Part shown: positions 1 to 11,900 of the stretch, piece by piece
How the letters are laid out: every line of letters begins with the position of its first letter
Numbering within the stretch: position 1 is the first letter of the stretch
Origin: Marsupella aquatica
Lineage: Eukaryota > Plantae > Marchantiophyta
NCBI GenBank assembly: GCA_973895155.1
Contig: OZ316892.1
Span: 18,776,357 to 18,840,356, forward strand
Length of the DNA: 64,000 nucleotides
Reading direction: 5' to 3'
Translations under genes and position numbers: made by a program
Notes under the pieces: model-generated
Seen by the model: the letters and a program-made list of their open reading frames with translations, nothing else
Databases searched by the model: none
What the model was told of the DNA's origin: nothing

Positions 1-1392
1 GTTTGATTTCCACAAGCATTTTTGGATTTCTTACGGCCAATTTTTTGTTCAAAAGATACTCCAATTACGACTCTCTCTCTCTCTCTAGAGACCTTCATTG
101 CACATTGGAGAGAAAACTTTTTTTGGGCCCTTACCGGTGACGAGGTGAATTTGGGAACATTGGTGGTCATTTCCTTGGTTTTTTTAGGGAGGCAGATGTT
201 TTGCTTTCAAAAGGGAGTTTTAGGGGTCATTTGTGTGTGAATACACACACACCGGCCGACCCCCACGCACCCCCGTCGATACTACCCCTCCCCCTCGCAT
301 TCCACTCTCCTCGTCGGCCGATGCATAACCCTTAGCGCCACCCTTTTTTCTTTTCCTCCCGACCGCGCCCCGCGCCACGCTCTTTCATGTCTCCCCTGAG
401 GCCGACGACTGCCTCCGGCAGCCGCAAAGTTGCCCTCGCGACTTATTCTCTCCCCACCCCAGCCCCGACTGCGTATGCAGCCGCCCTCCTCGACCCCGTA
501 CCCTGCCATTGTATGCCAGATTTTAAATTAAACCCCCTTTAGGCCCTATTGTTTTATTTTCTTCCCTCTTTCCCTACTGGCTACCGCATCTTGGGACCTG
601 CCGCCCTCCACTTTAACCGCTTGGACAGGGGGAACGGCCCCCTGTGAGCCCTGCTGCTCTTTTCAGGAATATTCCTGAAAAAACAGAGAGCGTGTTTTTG
701 GCCGTCCGTCGAAGATTCTGTCCGCCGAATGGTAACTTTTTTCGTTCGTCTTCGGCAAGTTGCTAGCCATCAAAGTTGGCAACGCGGTGCACAAATATCA
801 CTATATTCATTAAAACTGAAGTTATAAAGGATATAGGGAAATTTGGCGATTTAAAAACATAGTTTTAGGCATGAAAATTGTAAGTTTGGAAGATGAAAAA
901 TGAAAATTCAAGCATCATTAAATGTAAATTTGGGGACAAAAAATGAAATTTTGGGAAAATAAAATATTAAATTGGATGATATTAAAAAACATTTGGGTGA
1001 TAAAAGTGTTCATTTGGTTGGAAAATAGATAGAATCTAGTAATAACATATAAGCTTGGATAGCATCTATATTCAAAACATTTAGCTTGAGTAAGATATCT
1101 AACTAAGCACCAATACAATGTAATGACTATATTGTCTAGACAAAGTTAACTAGGATGATATCCAACCTACTAGACTAGAAGGAATGAAATGACATCATTT
1201 TCTAGAATTAAAATATACTAAGACAAATAAAATAATAATTATAAGAAAGTCCATTCAATAACTTTGAGAGATCATAGAGTATTAATTTGATTGTCTTGTT
1301 CTCTCACTTTAGACAAACGCATGGAAATCAACTCGACCGTCTTAATCACAAGTCATTTGAGTGGAGACTTGTAACCTACGAGTTCTATCAAT

Positions 1393-1595
1393 CTACTCAT
1401 CAATTATACCTTCCATGTAAATTTTGAGAGTTTTCAAAACATTCCTAGGAATTGTCAAACCTCTATCCATAATATTTTGTTCTTTAGCACCTGACTTAAA
1501 CCCATACATTGCAGAATTTGCAAACTGCCAACTTTGAGTAACATTGTCAAACCCAGGAACCAGCTCCCAAGTCTTAGTGGTTTGAAAGCAACGTT
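1393..1595 (-). pseudogene. C-terminal fragment of the host transposase, left of the Gypsy insertion
   Basis: Reads ERCFQTTKTWELVPGFDNVTQSWQFANSAMYGFKSG...LTIPRNVLKTLKIYMEGIIDE* across the ACGTT target site. It resembles the C-terminus of the paralog at 54192-55562 (AVYAYNF...TLP). Confidence 0.7.
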
Positions 1596-2099
1596 TGTGA
1601 CGGGTACCCCGTCACGGGAAGTCACACATAACTGGTTGCAAAGGCCGATACCTTGTTAATAGTCAATGTAAATAAGCCATTTTTTAATTTTTAGTTAATT
1701 CCGTCATTATAGGTTGATGATGCCCCAGGTGACTTTATATTCTTTCTCTCATAATAGTTCTAAGATTTGCGGCGACCTAAGTGGGCAAATATTTTGGGAC
1801 CTTGAAACTAGCCAGGACCAGCCCCATAGGACTTACCGTTTTGCTTCAAGAGCTATTGTTGAGACCCCCATTGCAAAGTCAGGAGAGGGGGGGGTTTTTT
1901 TAAATAAATCCCTCCTCAGGAGGGCGAGTCCCATTAGTGGCCGTCCGAGAGAAAGAGGGGCTGCCTCGCGAGCCCATAGGGCTGCGTGCCCGGGCGATTA
2001 ATGGGGCTCCGCGAGCTGAAGGGGCTGCCTCGCGAGCCCATAGGGCTGCGTGCCCGGGCAATTAATGAGGCTCCGCGAGCTGAAGGAGCGCAAGCGAGC

Positions 2100-2330
2100 G
2101 GGGGGGGGGGGAGTTAAAGGGCCTCCCGCGAGCTGGGAGGATCACGCGAGCGGGGGGGAGTTAAAGGGCCTCCCGCGAGCTGGGAGGATCACGCGAGCGG
2201 GGGGGAGTTAAAGGGCCTCCCGCGAGCTGGGAGGATCACGCGAGCGGGGGGGAGTTAAAGGGCCTCCCGCGAGCTGGGAGGATCACGCGAGCGGGGGGGA
2301 GTTGAAGGGCCTCCCGCGAGCCGGGAGGAA
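2100..2330. repeat. 47-bp GC-rich tandem repeat in the 5' LTR (4 units plus a variant unit), preceded by a ~64-bp two-copy repeat at ~1956-2086
   Basis: AGTTAAAGGGCCTCCCGCGAGCTGGGAGGATCACGCGAGC(G7) starts at 2112, 2159, 2206 and 2253, with a variant at 2300. Each unit has a CCTCCC/GGGAGG stem. Confidence 0.95.
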
Positions 2331-2752
2331 TGGCCGCGCGCCCTGCATAGGGCCGCGCGCAGGAGGACGCAAGGGTAAGGCCCGAGAAATGGGCCGGGGC
2401 GCATGGCGAAGGCGCCAGGAGTTTTTTCGGTTCTATTTTTTTTTCCTTCCTTTTTCTTTCCCTCTTCCTTTTGCACGACCCTCTCATTGCCGAAAGCAAA
2501 AACGGGGTTCTTCTCTCTCTTGCCGGAAGCTCTCTCCAGATTCTAATTATTTTTGAAGCTCTCTCTTTCATGGTGGATTAGTGGGGCTTGCTGGCGTCAT
2601 TCTTCCAGGCATTAGTGGCGGCCGCACGGAGTAGTGACGGGAAATTGAGAGAATTTAAGTGATCGGGCTACGGGGGCTGTTTCGGGCCAGGGAATTGACA
2701 TTGCCACGGGTGACGGGATTGGTGATTGAGAAATTGATTTCGGGATGCATGG

Positions 2753-4609
2753 ATGCTAGATCAACCAGAGTTTAGTGCGTCACGCATTCGGAGATACAAG
2801 GCTGCTTACCGTGACTACGTGGAGACTCGGATTACACGGGAAAGGGAAGAGAGAGAAGTTATGATGAGCACGGGATTGGCAGCGGGTTCCTCACCGGTGG
2901 GTAGGAAGATTTTTCGTCGAATTTATCCCAAGACCTCCACCAAGGTGATGGAGGATTGTCGGAACATTTTCCAAGCCACCGGGCTTACAGAATTCATGAA
3001 GGTGGAGATTACCATCCCTTCAGGGAAGAGCTGGGACATTGAGGCCGGGATGGAGTTCCGAACGGAGGGAATCTACTTTGAATGTCTCAAACGTGTAGTG
3101 CCCCATGTGGAGTTGGCTAAGCTATTGTTTCTTGAGAATCAGAAATTCTCATTCACACCTCGGAATATCAGGGGAGAACTCACGTTGAAAATGGTGGCCA
3201 CTTGGGTGACCAATCCTACCTCCACCACCGCCATCCCTCTTTCTGCTGTCAAGGATGTTGAGTATAAGGGCTTCCTGGCCAAGGTGCATCAACGGGTTCT
3301 TGGCAACGTGCAATCCGGAGTGCTGAATGAGGAGCATTTCGTGGTAGCTATGGACATCAAGAACTACCCAGCCCATGTGTACGGATGGTGGTGCTACGGA
3401 TTGAAGAAGCTATTGGCCGCTGAGCCCGGGAGTGTGAAACCAGGTGGGGCTGTACATTTGATGGGGTCATTTGTATTGGCCAGGGCAGAAGGGTTGATTG
3501 GTTCTCCGGGGCATGAAGACACGGGATCATCTCTCACCACGGAGATCCGGAGTATTGCCACTACCGTTTTAGGGAAGCTCACGGAGGAATCATTGTCTGC
3601 TGGTGGGGAGGATAATAGAGAAGAAGAGAACCAGGAGGATGATTGCACATTGGAGTGGCTTGAATCACTCGTGGGAGATCCGAAACAGCCTCTGGAATAC
3701 AACATTCCGGATGTTTACTTGGCAGAGCTACGGGATTTCAGAGAGGGAGTCCACGAGGGACTCAAGCTAGTCCACGCATTGAGGGAGTCTCTCAAGCACG
3801 CCACAGTCAAAGTAGAGACGTTAGAGCAGAGCATCCTGTCACTGAAGGAGGTGATCAAGACCAAGGAGCAGACCATTCATGAGAAGGTCAGGCACATCAA
3901 TGCAGCTCACGTAGAGATCACCAACTTGAAGGGAGCTTTGTCCACCAAGGCCAAGGAAGCAGAAGAAGTAGGAGCGTTGAGGCAAGCATTGGCCAAAGAG
4001 AAGCAAAATTCTGGAGAAGTGATGGAGTGGAGGAACCAGGTGGGAGCACTACGGAGTCAGGTGGCAGCCTTTGAGACACGAGCGAAGAGAAGTGAGGCCC
4101 TGAGTCTAGGGAAACGGAAGAGTCCCGGCACACCTGGCTCCACACTTTCCCCGGATGTGATCTCCCAAGCTATCGAGATGGTGGTGAAGGAGGTTAGTGG
4201 GAAGTATGGACCCTTGTTGGATGGAGCCAAGAAGAGTCAGGAGAAGAGTAAGAGCTTGGAGAAGAAGCTCCGGGAGGTACGGAAATCGTTACGGGAGGCT
4301 CAGGTCAGTACGGGGATGCCACCCAGGTCTGTCACCCCCGGGACTCCCATGGCCACGGGGCAAGTTCTACCGTTGGAGTTGCGGTCCGGAGAAGAGGCTA
4401 CCCTCTGGAAGGACACAATTGGTGAGGGGTACATCAAGGCGTGGCAGGCCTTGGCTGCTTTGAGGAAGCGCGGGAGCAGCAGCACTAAGAGTACTCCGTC
4501 GAAGAAGAAGAAAAGTACGGTGGCACTCACTCCCGTGAGTGATGAGGAGGAGGACCACTCACGGGGCACAAGTCCGGGCACCGAGAGCGAAGAAGAAGAG
4601 GAGGATTAG
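2753..4609 (+). CDS. LTR-embedded extra ORF (618 aa): N-terminal putative plant-transposon-protein domain, coiled coil, basic/acidic tail
   Basis: Intact ATG-to-TAG ORF wholly inside the LTR and duplicated in the 3' LTR. It has a heptad-rich E/K region, an NLS-like SKKKKS and an EEEEED tail. Confidence 0.85.
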   Translation: MLDQPEFSASRIRRYKAAYRDYVETRITREREEREVMMSTGLAAGSSPVGRKIFRRIYPKTSTKVMEDCRNIFQATGLTEFMKVEITIPSGKSWDIEAGMEFRTEGIYFECLKRVVPHVELAKLLFLENQKFSFTPRNIRGELTLKMVATWVTNPTSTTAIPLSAVKDVEYKGFLAKVHQRVLGNVQSGVLNEEHFVVAMDIKNYPAHVYGWWCYGLKKLLAAEPGSVKPGGAVHLMGSFVLARAEGLIGSPGHEDTGSSLTTEIRSIATTVLGKLTEESLSAGGEDNREEENQEDDCTLEWLESLVGDPKQPLEYNIPDVYLAELRDFREGVHEGLKLVHALRESLKHATVKVETLEQSILSLKEVIKTKEQTIHEKVRHINAAHVEITNLKGALSTKAKEAEEVGALRQALAKEKQNSGEVMEWRNQVGALRSQVAAFETRAKRSEALSLGKRKSPGTPGSTLSPDVISQAIEMVVKEVSGKYGPLLDGAKKSQEKSKSLEKKLREVRKSLREAQVSTGMPPRSVTPGTPMATGQVLPLELRSGEEATLWKDTIGEGYIKAWQALAALRKRGSSSTKSTPSKKKKSTVALTPVSDEEEDHSRGTSPGTESEEEEED

Positions 4610-5740
4610 ATAGGCGTACGGACGTGGGTGTACGGCCTCCAGATTTCCAACATTTTAGTGGGGGGTCACTCATGGGCTTGTTGGGATGAGCTCGCGGAGC
4701 TGATTCCAACAAGAGGCGGCGCTCCTCAAACGGAGCCAGGATGAGCAAGTTATGGCCTGGAGAACTTATGTTTTTGCGGTACGGAAACGGCCATAACTCA
4801 GGCGTCTGAAGTCCGTTGAGGGAGCGACTTAGTGATTCGGAAGCAGGAAAAGAAGAGCTATCCAGGGGTGAGCTCAGGTGTGCACTTGGAAGGGCACCTA
4901 GTTTCGGCCATTTTGGGGTGCCTCTCACTTTCAGGGTTCACGTGTACTGTTGGGGCGCCGTCGAAGGCACCGTCGGCCCCCTTGTTTTGGGTTTAGGGTT
5001 TTAGCAGCATGTGTGTGCCGCATGCTCCTCTTCAGTTTAAGGATTTCTCTTAGTGCAAGGTTTTAGCGGCGCCGCTAGGGTAGCCGCCACCGTTGTGACC
5101 CTGTGAGGGGTGCTTTGGTGTGATTTTTCAGTATTTAGGGGGATAGCCCCGAAGTAGTTAGGGGGACTCAGTGTGAAGTTAGCAAGGAGGGATAGAGTGG
5201 AGCCTGAGGAGTTTGAAAGCGTGTTCAGAGTAGTGAGGGGGAGCCATACTCATTGTCCGGAGAGGCAGGAGTTGAGTAGACGGCAGGAGGCCGGGTTACT
5301 CATGCAATGTGTATCGTTTTTCCCAAGAGATATGGATCTGTACATTTGACTTGATGGGCTTTTGTTGTGTGTTCCTTCTCCCTTTTTCGCTTTCCGAATT
5401 GTGTTCTCCCGTTCTATGATTTGAAGAAACTTGCTTGGTTTGAGTCGGCCTTGTGAGTAGGGGTGGTGACAGCACTCTTTGGGTGACTCCGAGTGAAGGT
5501 GTAGTGGGGTAGTCGGCAGGACTTGATCAAAAGCTGTGGGGTGAGGGTAGTCGGTAGACTTGATCAAAACCTACATTTCCGGGAGCGGAAACCAAAATAC
5601 TCATCCTGGTGTGAAAAGAATCCAAATAGCGTCCCTCCACGACCCCGTAATACGATACCAACGGTTTAAGCGAAGAAAAGTGCGGTTTGCACGTATTAAC
5701 CGTTGGAGAGGCAAGTGACATAAGTGTGGTCTTTTGTTTT

Positions 5741-5758
5741 TGGCGCCGCTGCCGGGGA
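5741..5758 (+). other. Primer binding site, tRNA-Asp type
   Basis: TGGCGCCGCTGCCGGGGA matches the Athila-type PBS (TGGCGCCGTTGCCGGGGA, recalled) with one mismatch. Confidence 0.85.
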
Positions 5759-5975
5759 ATCCTTCTTCTTGTTTGACGACACGAAGGAGGGGAGCTACGT
5801 CTATTGGGAGTTCAAACCTATCAACCACAACGCAACTTGCGACGGTTGATACGTGAGAAGTTTGTTGGTTACTTTGTTATTGTACGTCAACCACAACGCA
5901 TCGTGCGACGGTTGATGTTTACAAATATTGCTTTCTGAGACATTGGTGTAAGTTTGGAATGCAGGTCTCAATGGG

Positions 5976-8900
5976 ATGCCGAGAGGGAGAAGGGGAGGTA
6001 GAGGAAGTCCCCAACACACACGTACCCCAAGATCAGAGCTAGAAGGGGGGCCCTCTTGGATTGGGACCAGACGACGAGTTGCTGCCGAAGAACGCTTACG
6101 GCTTGCAGAAGAGAGGAGGTTGCCACTGGTGCTGGAAGAACAAGTTGGTGTGCAACAGGAAGAGGCTCAACGTAATGAGGCCATATGCCCAGACGAAGAG
6201 CCAGACATAGATCACGAGCGAGAAGAAGGAGAGCCCTTTGTGTTGGTGCAGTCTGAGTTACAAAATCTGATCCCAGAGCTCACTGCATTGCCACAAATCA
6301 TCTCACACCTATCATCGGTGCTGTTACCGGTGGCCCAACAAGCGCCATTACCACCTGTGTTGATACAGGCACCGGCTGCACCGATGGCAGCTGCACAACG
6401 TACCCGTGTTCAGTACGTACCCTTCAAGGGGAGACCAAAGGATGATCCAGACGAATGGATTGAGGAGTTTGAAGGGATTGCCGAAGCTAATGGGGAGTCT
6501 GCACATAAGCTCACTATCATTCCTGGAATGATGAGAGGGGAGGCAGGTCCATGGTTCATTTCGTTGTTGGCCAACGTGAAAGCTGATTGGGCTCTGTTCA
6601 AGCAAGCCTTCTTGAAGGAGTTCAGATCCATAGGAGTGGAGGCCACCTCACTATTAAAGGTGGGCCAACTCAGGATGAAGAAGAAGGAGTCATTACGGAG
6701 GTTTTTGCAAAGGTTCCAAAAGCTGGTACGTCGGATCCAAGCCCGTACCGATGATGCTATGCGTCAAGCCTGGTTTGTGGCTGCCCTACCAAGCAAGATG
6801 GGGTTCTTTGTACGTCAAGCCAAGCCAACCACATTGGCTGAAGCTATTGCAGCAGCGGAGTCATACACCGCAGCTGATGCCACAAGCAAGCGTTGCCGAA
6901 GAAAGAAGCTGAAGCCGGTTGACAGTTCCTCCAGTGAGGAGTCGAGTGGATCTGATTCAGATAGTAGTGATGAATCTGAGGATTCTGAGAGTACTACAGA
7001 GTCAGACACTACGGAGTCAGAAGCTGAAAGACGAAGGAGGAAGAAGAAGAAGTTGTCAAAGAAAGTCAAGAAGTCCTCTCACCGTGAAGTGATACTACCC
7101 ACGGTGGCCGTTACACCATTGTCTACGGCAAGACGCCTGAAGGAGCAAGAGGCCAGATATGATGAGCTGACGGAGCAAATGAAAGCGTTGAAAGTACATT
7201 TTGCCGGACTCAAACCTGAGAGGAGAAAAGTTCCGGTGGAGAGAGCCAATGTGTGGTGCACCAAGTGCATGAAGTTTGGTCATGCCCCGAAGGAGTGCCC
7301 AGCGGGAGAACCAGCCAAGGTTTTCCAAGTACGGGAGGAGGATGTTGAGGGGGCAAGCTACTCAAATCCTTCATATGCAGCGGAAGGGCCAATAGAGTAC
7401 TTCATGGAGGAGCCACCAGAGGCCAACGTGTATAGTGTACAACCTCTCAACCCGGGACCACGGAGCATTCATGGAGTTTCAACAAACGCCGGAGCACCCG
7501 CATACTCCAACTATCCCAACGCTAACCCAGGGAATCGACCACCGTACCCTGGAGTGAGGAAGATCCCTATTTGTTACAATTGTAGAGTGGCGGGCCACTA
7601 CGCTAATGTGTGCCCAGAGCCCACCCGTCAAGGCAATGGAGATTTTGCCCGGCTGTGTCAACTATGCAAGGGGGAGGGTCATCTTGCACCACACTGCCCA
7701 ACCTTGGAGGCGTTCAAGGCTCAACCGATTGGGGCACAAGAGAAGAAGGGGCCGCCACCTCCTCTGAAAGAAGCTAGCGTCAACTTTCTCACCACGGAAG
7801 CAGTCGACACCCCTCTAATCACTAGAAGAGAAGAAACCGTAGTGAACATTCCCAAGCAAAGGATGACCACCATAACGGAGGAGGTGGTACCGCTAGTCGT
7901 TGTAGTATCTCCAGTTGTTGAGATACCGGTGGTTGTTGTTGCAACATCTACGGAAGTTGAAGTTGCTAACCCCTCACCCCCAAGTCATGAGTGGACTCAT
8001 GCTGAGAATCTACCGGAGGAAGACAGCGACGAGGAGAGAAGGCATTACTCTTGTTACCGAGTCTCCACTCGATCCGGCAAAAAGAAGGGCAAGTCCGAGC
8101 TCAAGCAGAAGTACAAGGAGGTGCATCAAGCTTCCACATCGGGTACCTCACACGAACCGGAGGTGCCACCCATGGAGGATAGTGACTTTGATCGGGACAA
8201 CCCCAAGTTGTTCTATCCGAAGGTGGGAGAAGAGGTACGTAAGCAGTTGGAGGAGCTAGAAGCACAAGCCATGCAAGCGGCCATTGACAAAGACATGGAG
8301 GAGGCAAAGGCCAGAAAGAAAGCGGAGGAGAGGGTTGTTCGTTGGAAACCGGGAGAAGAGGTCATCCCACCCATACCTCCTGCAACCGCGTACAACATTG
8401 CTCAAGACATTCTGGATTGCCCAGTCAGTGCCACAATTGGTCAACTATTACGGGATAGCTCCCTATACCGTCGCCAAGTCAAGGAGATTCTCATGAGGAG
8501 GAGACGTAGAAGAAGGTTACCCAAAGTTGGGGCTGACCCCATACAAGTCAACTGGGTCACGGAGGATTTGGGTGCCCCAGAACTCACGGTGGACATCAAT
8601 GGATGTGCAATACGGTTTGTACCGGTGGACGGGGGCTCGGGAGTCAACATCATGACTGAGGAGACGGCAAACCGGTTGGGGTATACAGAGTTAGAACCAC
8701 CGGCACGTGCCATGAGGTTGGCTGATGGTGCACGGGTGGTGCCGTTGGGGTGTCTCACCAAGATTCCAACAATGATTGGGGGAAAATCTTTCCCCCTCAA
8801 CTATTTGGTGATGCGACCCGTTCGGCCGTACGGTTTTCCCATTTTAATTGGCAGGCCATGGTTGTATGTGGCCAAGGTCACAAGTGATTGGGGCAAACGG

Positions 8901-11900
8901 CAGTTTCGGTTTGGTATCCCCACTATCACTATTCCATGGTCAGCGGAGTCACCTCACGGGGAGACTACGACTATGGAGGAGGAATATGATTCAGAGGTCA
9001 CCTCAGATGAAGACGAGGATGAAGTATACATGGTGAAACTGATTTCTCACCTCACGGAGGAAGATGTTTTTGGCCCCGGAGTTGCTACTCAAGAGCATGC
9101 AGTAGAGGAATCAGTTAGCCAAGTGCACGCTGTTCTAGAAGAGATGGAAGACGAGCGAAGCAAAATTGTGGAGGCTGAACCTCTAGAGATTCATGATAGG
9201 GAGGCAGAGGATCACCCCGAGGAGGTGGAAATGCAAGCCCACACGATCATGTTTGATGATGAGCAAAGAGAGCAGTTTTTGAATGACATCCTGGATGATG
9301 ACTTTAGAGAGGAGCTATTGTCACATTACAAAGAATCTGACGTTGAAGAAATAATGGCCCATGTGACAAAGGATCCACCTCCATCCCGACCAGACCAGGA
9401 GGAGAGTGATGCACCGGTGTATGGAGGGATGAGGCTCGCACGGTTGGAAGAAACCTTTGATGAGGAGACACGCAACAAGTTGGACGTGATCAGGCCGGAG
9501 CAGTACACAAAGGTGGAAGTGGGTGAGGGCAAGACACTCAACATTGGTAGTAAGTTGGATGCTACGGAGCAACGCACGATTCAGGAATTGTTGAAAGAGT
9601 ACCAAGACGTATTTGCGTGGAGCCACCAAGATTTGAAAGGAGTGCCACCTGAGTTTGGTGAGCACAGCATTGACCTGATGTCAGGAGCACGACCTGTGAG
9701 GCAACGCCAATACCGCCTCAACCCCAAATACTCACTCATGGTGAAGGAGGAGATTGACCGTTTGTTGGATGCAGGATTCATTTATCCGGTCATGCATAGT
9801 GAGTGGGTGTCACCCATCGTAATCGTGCCCAAGAAAAAGGGGCCAGACGGGAAGGTGAAAATACGGGTGTGCCAAGATTTTCGAAAGTTGAATGATGCGA
9901 CCAAGAAGGATCACTACCCGCTACCGTTCACGGATATCGTGTTGGACATGGTAGCAGGTTGGGAGATATACAGCTTCTTGGATGGCTACTCTGGGTACAA
10001 CCAAATCTGGATACGGGAGGAGGACCAACTCAAGACGGCTTTCACAACAGAGTGGGGGATTTTTGCATTCCGGAGAATGCCTTTTGGGTTGTGCAATGCC
10101 CCTGGCATGTTCCAACGGCTCATGATGAATATATTTCATGACTTTTTACGCAGGTTCTTGGAGATCTTTATTGATGACTTTGCTGTCTACGGCAAACGAG
10201 TCAAGCATCCGGAACACTTACGGTTGACTTTTCAGCGGTGCCGGGAGACTTGCCTGAAGCTGCATCCGGAGAAATGTTTCTTTGGAATTGAGGAGGGAAT
10301 CCTATTGGGCCACAAAGTGTCTGCACGAGGGATTGAAGTTGATCGTGAGAAGGTCGCCGTGTGGGTAGCAGTCTCATTTCCCAAGAATGTGAAGGAAGTG
10401 AGAGGGTTCTTGGGGTGTGTTGGCTACTACCGACGCTTCATCAAAGACTTTGCCAAGGTAGCCATGCCACTCACTTCCATGTTGAAAAAAGGAAGTGAGT
10501 TTGAACCTACTCCTTCCCGTCAGGCTGCTTTTGATGAATTGAAGAAACGATTGCTAGAGGCCCCCGTGCTCATTACGCCCAATTGGAATAAGGAATTCCA
10601 TGTTTACGTAGACGTATCAGGATTTTGCATCGGTGCCGTTTTGAGTCAGTTAGATGATGATGGAAGAGACCATCCCATCTACTTTGCCAGTAGGCAGTTG
10701 GCCCCGGCAGAGAAAAACTACTCACCCACCGATAGGGAGGCACTTGGTATCATCTACGCTTGTAAGAAGTATCGTCATTATTTGTTGGGGTACAAGGTTG
10801 TGTTCCACACGGATCACAACAGCTTGAAATACATGGTCAACAAGCCAGATCTGTCCGGGAGAATTGCACGTTGGGTTTTGTTGCTACAAGAGTTCAACTA
10901 TGAGGTGAGAGTAAGATCGGGGAAGAGTCATAGCAATGCAGACTTCTTCTCCCGTATTGAGGGAGCATCTGACTCCCAGGAGATTGATGATCGGTTCCCG
11001 GATGAGGAAGTGTTCAGCGTGAATACAGAGGCCACTACTTGGTATGGAGAAATTTTGGAATTTCTCCGCACGGCTAGAGTTCCCTCACGTTTGGGCCCGG
11101 AGAGAGCAGCAGTGTTTTTGCGTAAGACAGGTCCCTACTTGCTTGTGAAGGGAGTACTTCACAAGTACGGCATGGATGGCCGACTTCGTCGTTGTTTGGA
11201 GGAAGCGGAGATACGTACAGTCATGGCAGCATTACATGAGGAGGAAGCTGGTGGCCACTTTGCACGGGAGACCACCGCAAGGAAAATACTAGATGCTGGA
11301 TATTGGTGGCCAACTCTCTTTCGGGATGTACACCGGTACATCCAGCGATGTGATCCGTGCCAGCGTCAAGGCAAACCAGGGCCCTCCTCACGACACCCAT
11401 TGGTGCCCATACTTCCTCTTGCACCCTTTGAGAAGTGGGGGGTGGACTTCATTGGCCCTTTCACTCCCATCACACGAAGAGGGAGGAAGCGCTACATCAT
11501 TCTTGCAACGGACTATGCCACCAAGTGGGTGGAGGCCCGAGCTACTGCCAAGGATGATGCCAACACCACGGCACGTTTTTTGTATGAGCAGATTTTTACA
11601 CGATTTGGTCCACCATTGGAGTTGGTAAGTGACAGGGGTACTCACTTCCTCAATCATACGATTGAACGTTTGACGGAGAACTACTTGATCTCACATAGGA
11701 AGACCACTCCGTACCACCCTCGAGCCAACGGGCTCACTGAGAGAGCCAACGGGATCATGGGCAAGATCCTCAACAAAACGGTATCCGCTCACAAGACCGA
11801 TTGGGATTTGAAGTTGTTGGCTGCCACTTACGCTTACAACCTGGCTCACAAGACTACCACGGGCCACAGCCCCTATTTCCTTGTGTTTGGACAACACTCT

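Larger units (their letters stand above)
1596..5720 (+). repeat. 5' LTR (4125 bp)
   Basis: Starts TGTGACGGGTACCCC and ends GGCAAGTGACA; direct repeat of 12339-16367. Confidence 0.96.

Noticed and set aside
1714-2571. Short ORFs in the LTR repeat region (and their copies at 12457-13218)
   Set aside because: Products of GC-rich repeats, with no recognisable motifs.
2753-4609. env-like gene
   Set aside because: No signal peptide or clear transmembrane segment seen; coiled coil and basic patches suggest a soluble protein.
4989-5002. Telomere-like TTTAGGG/CCCTAA motifs here and scattered elsewhere
   Set aside because: Only one or two units each; not an interstitial telomere array.
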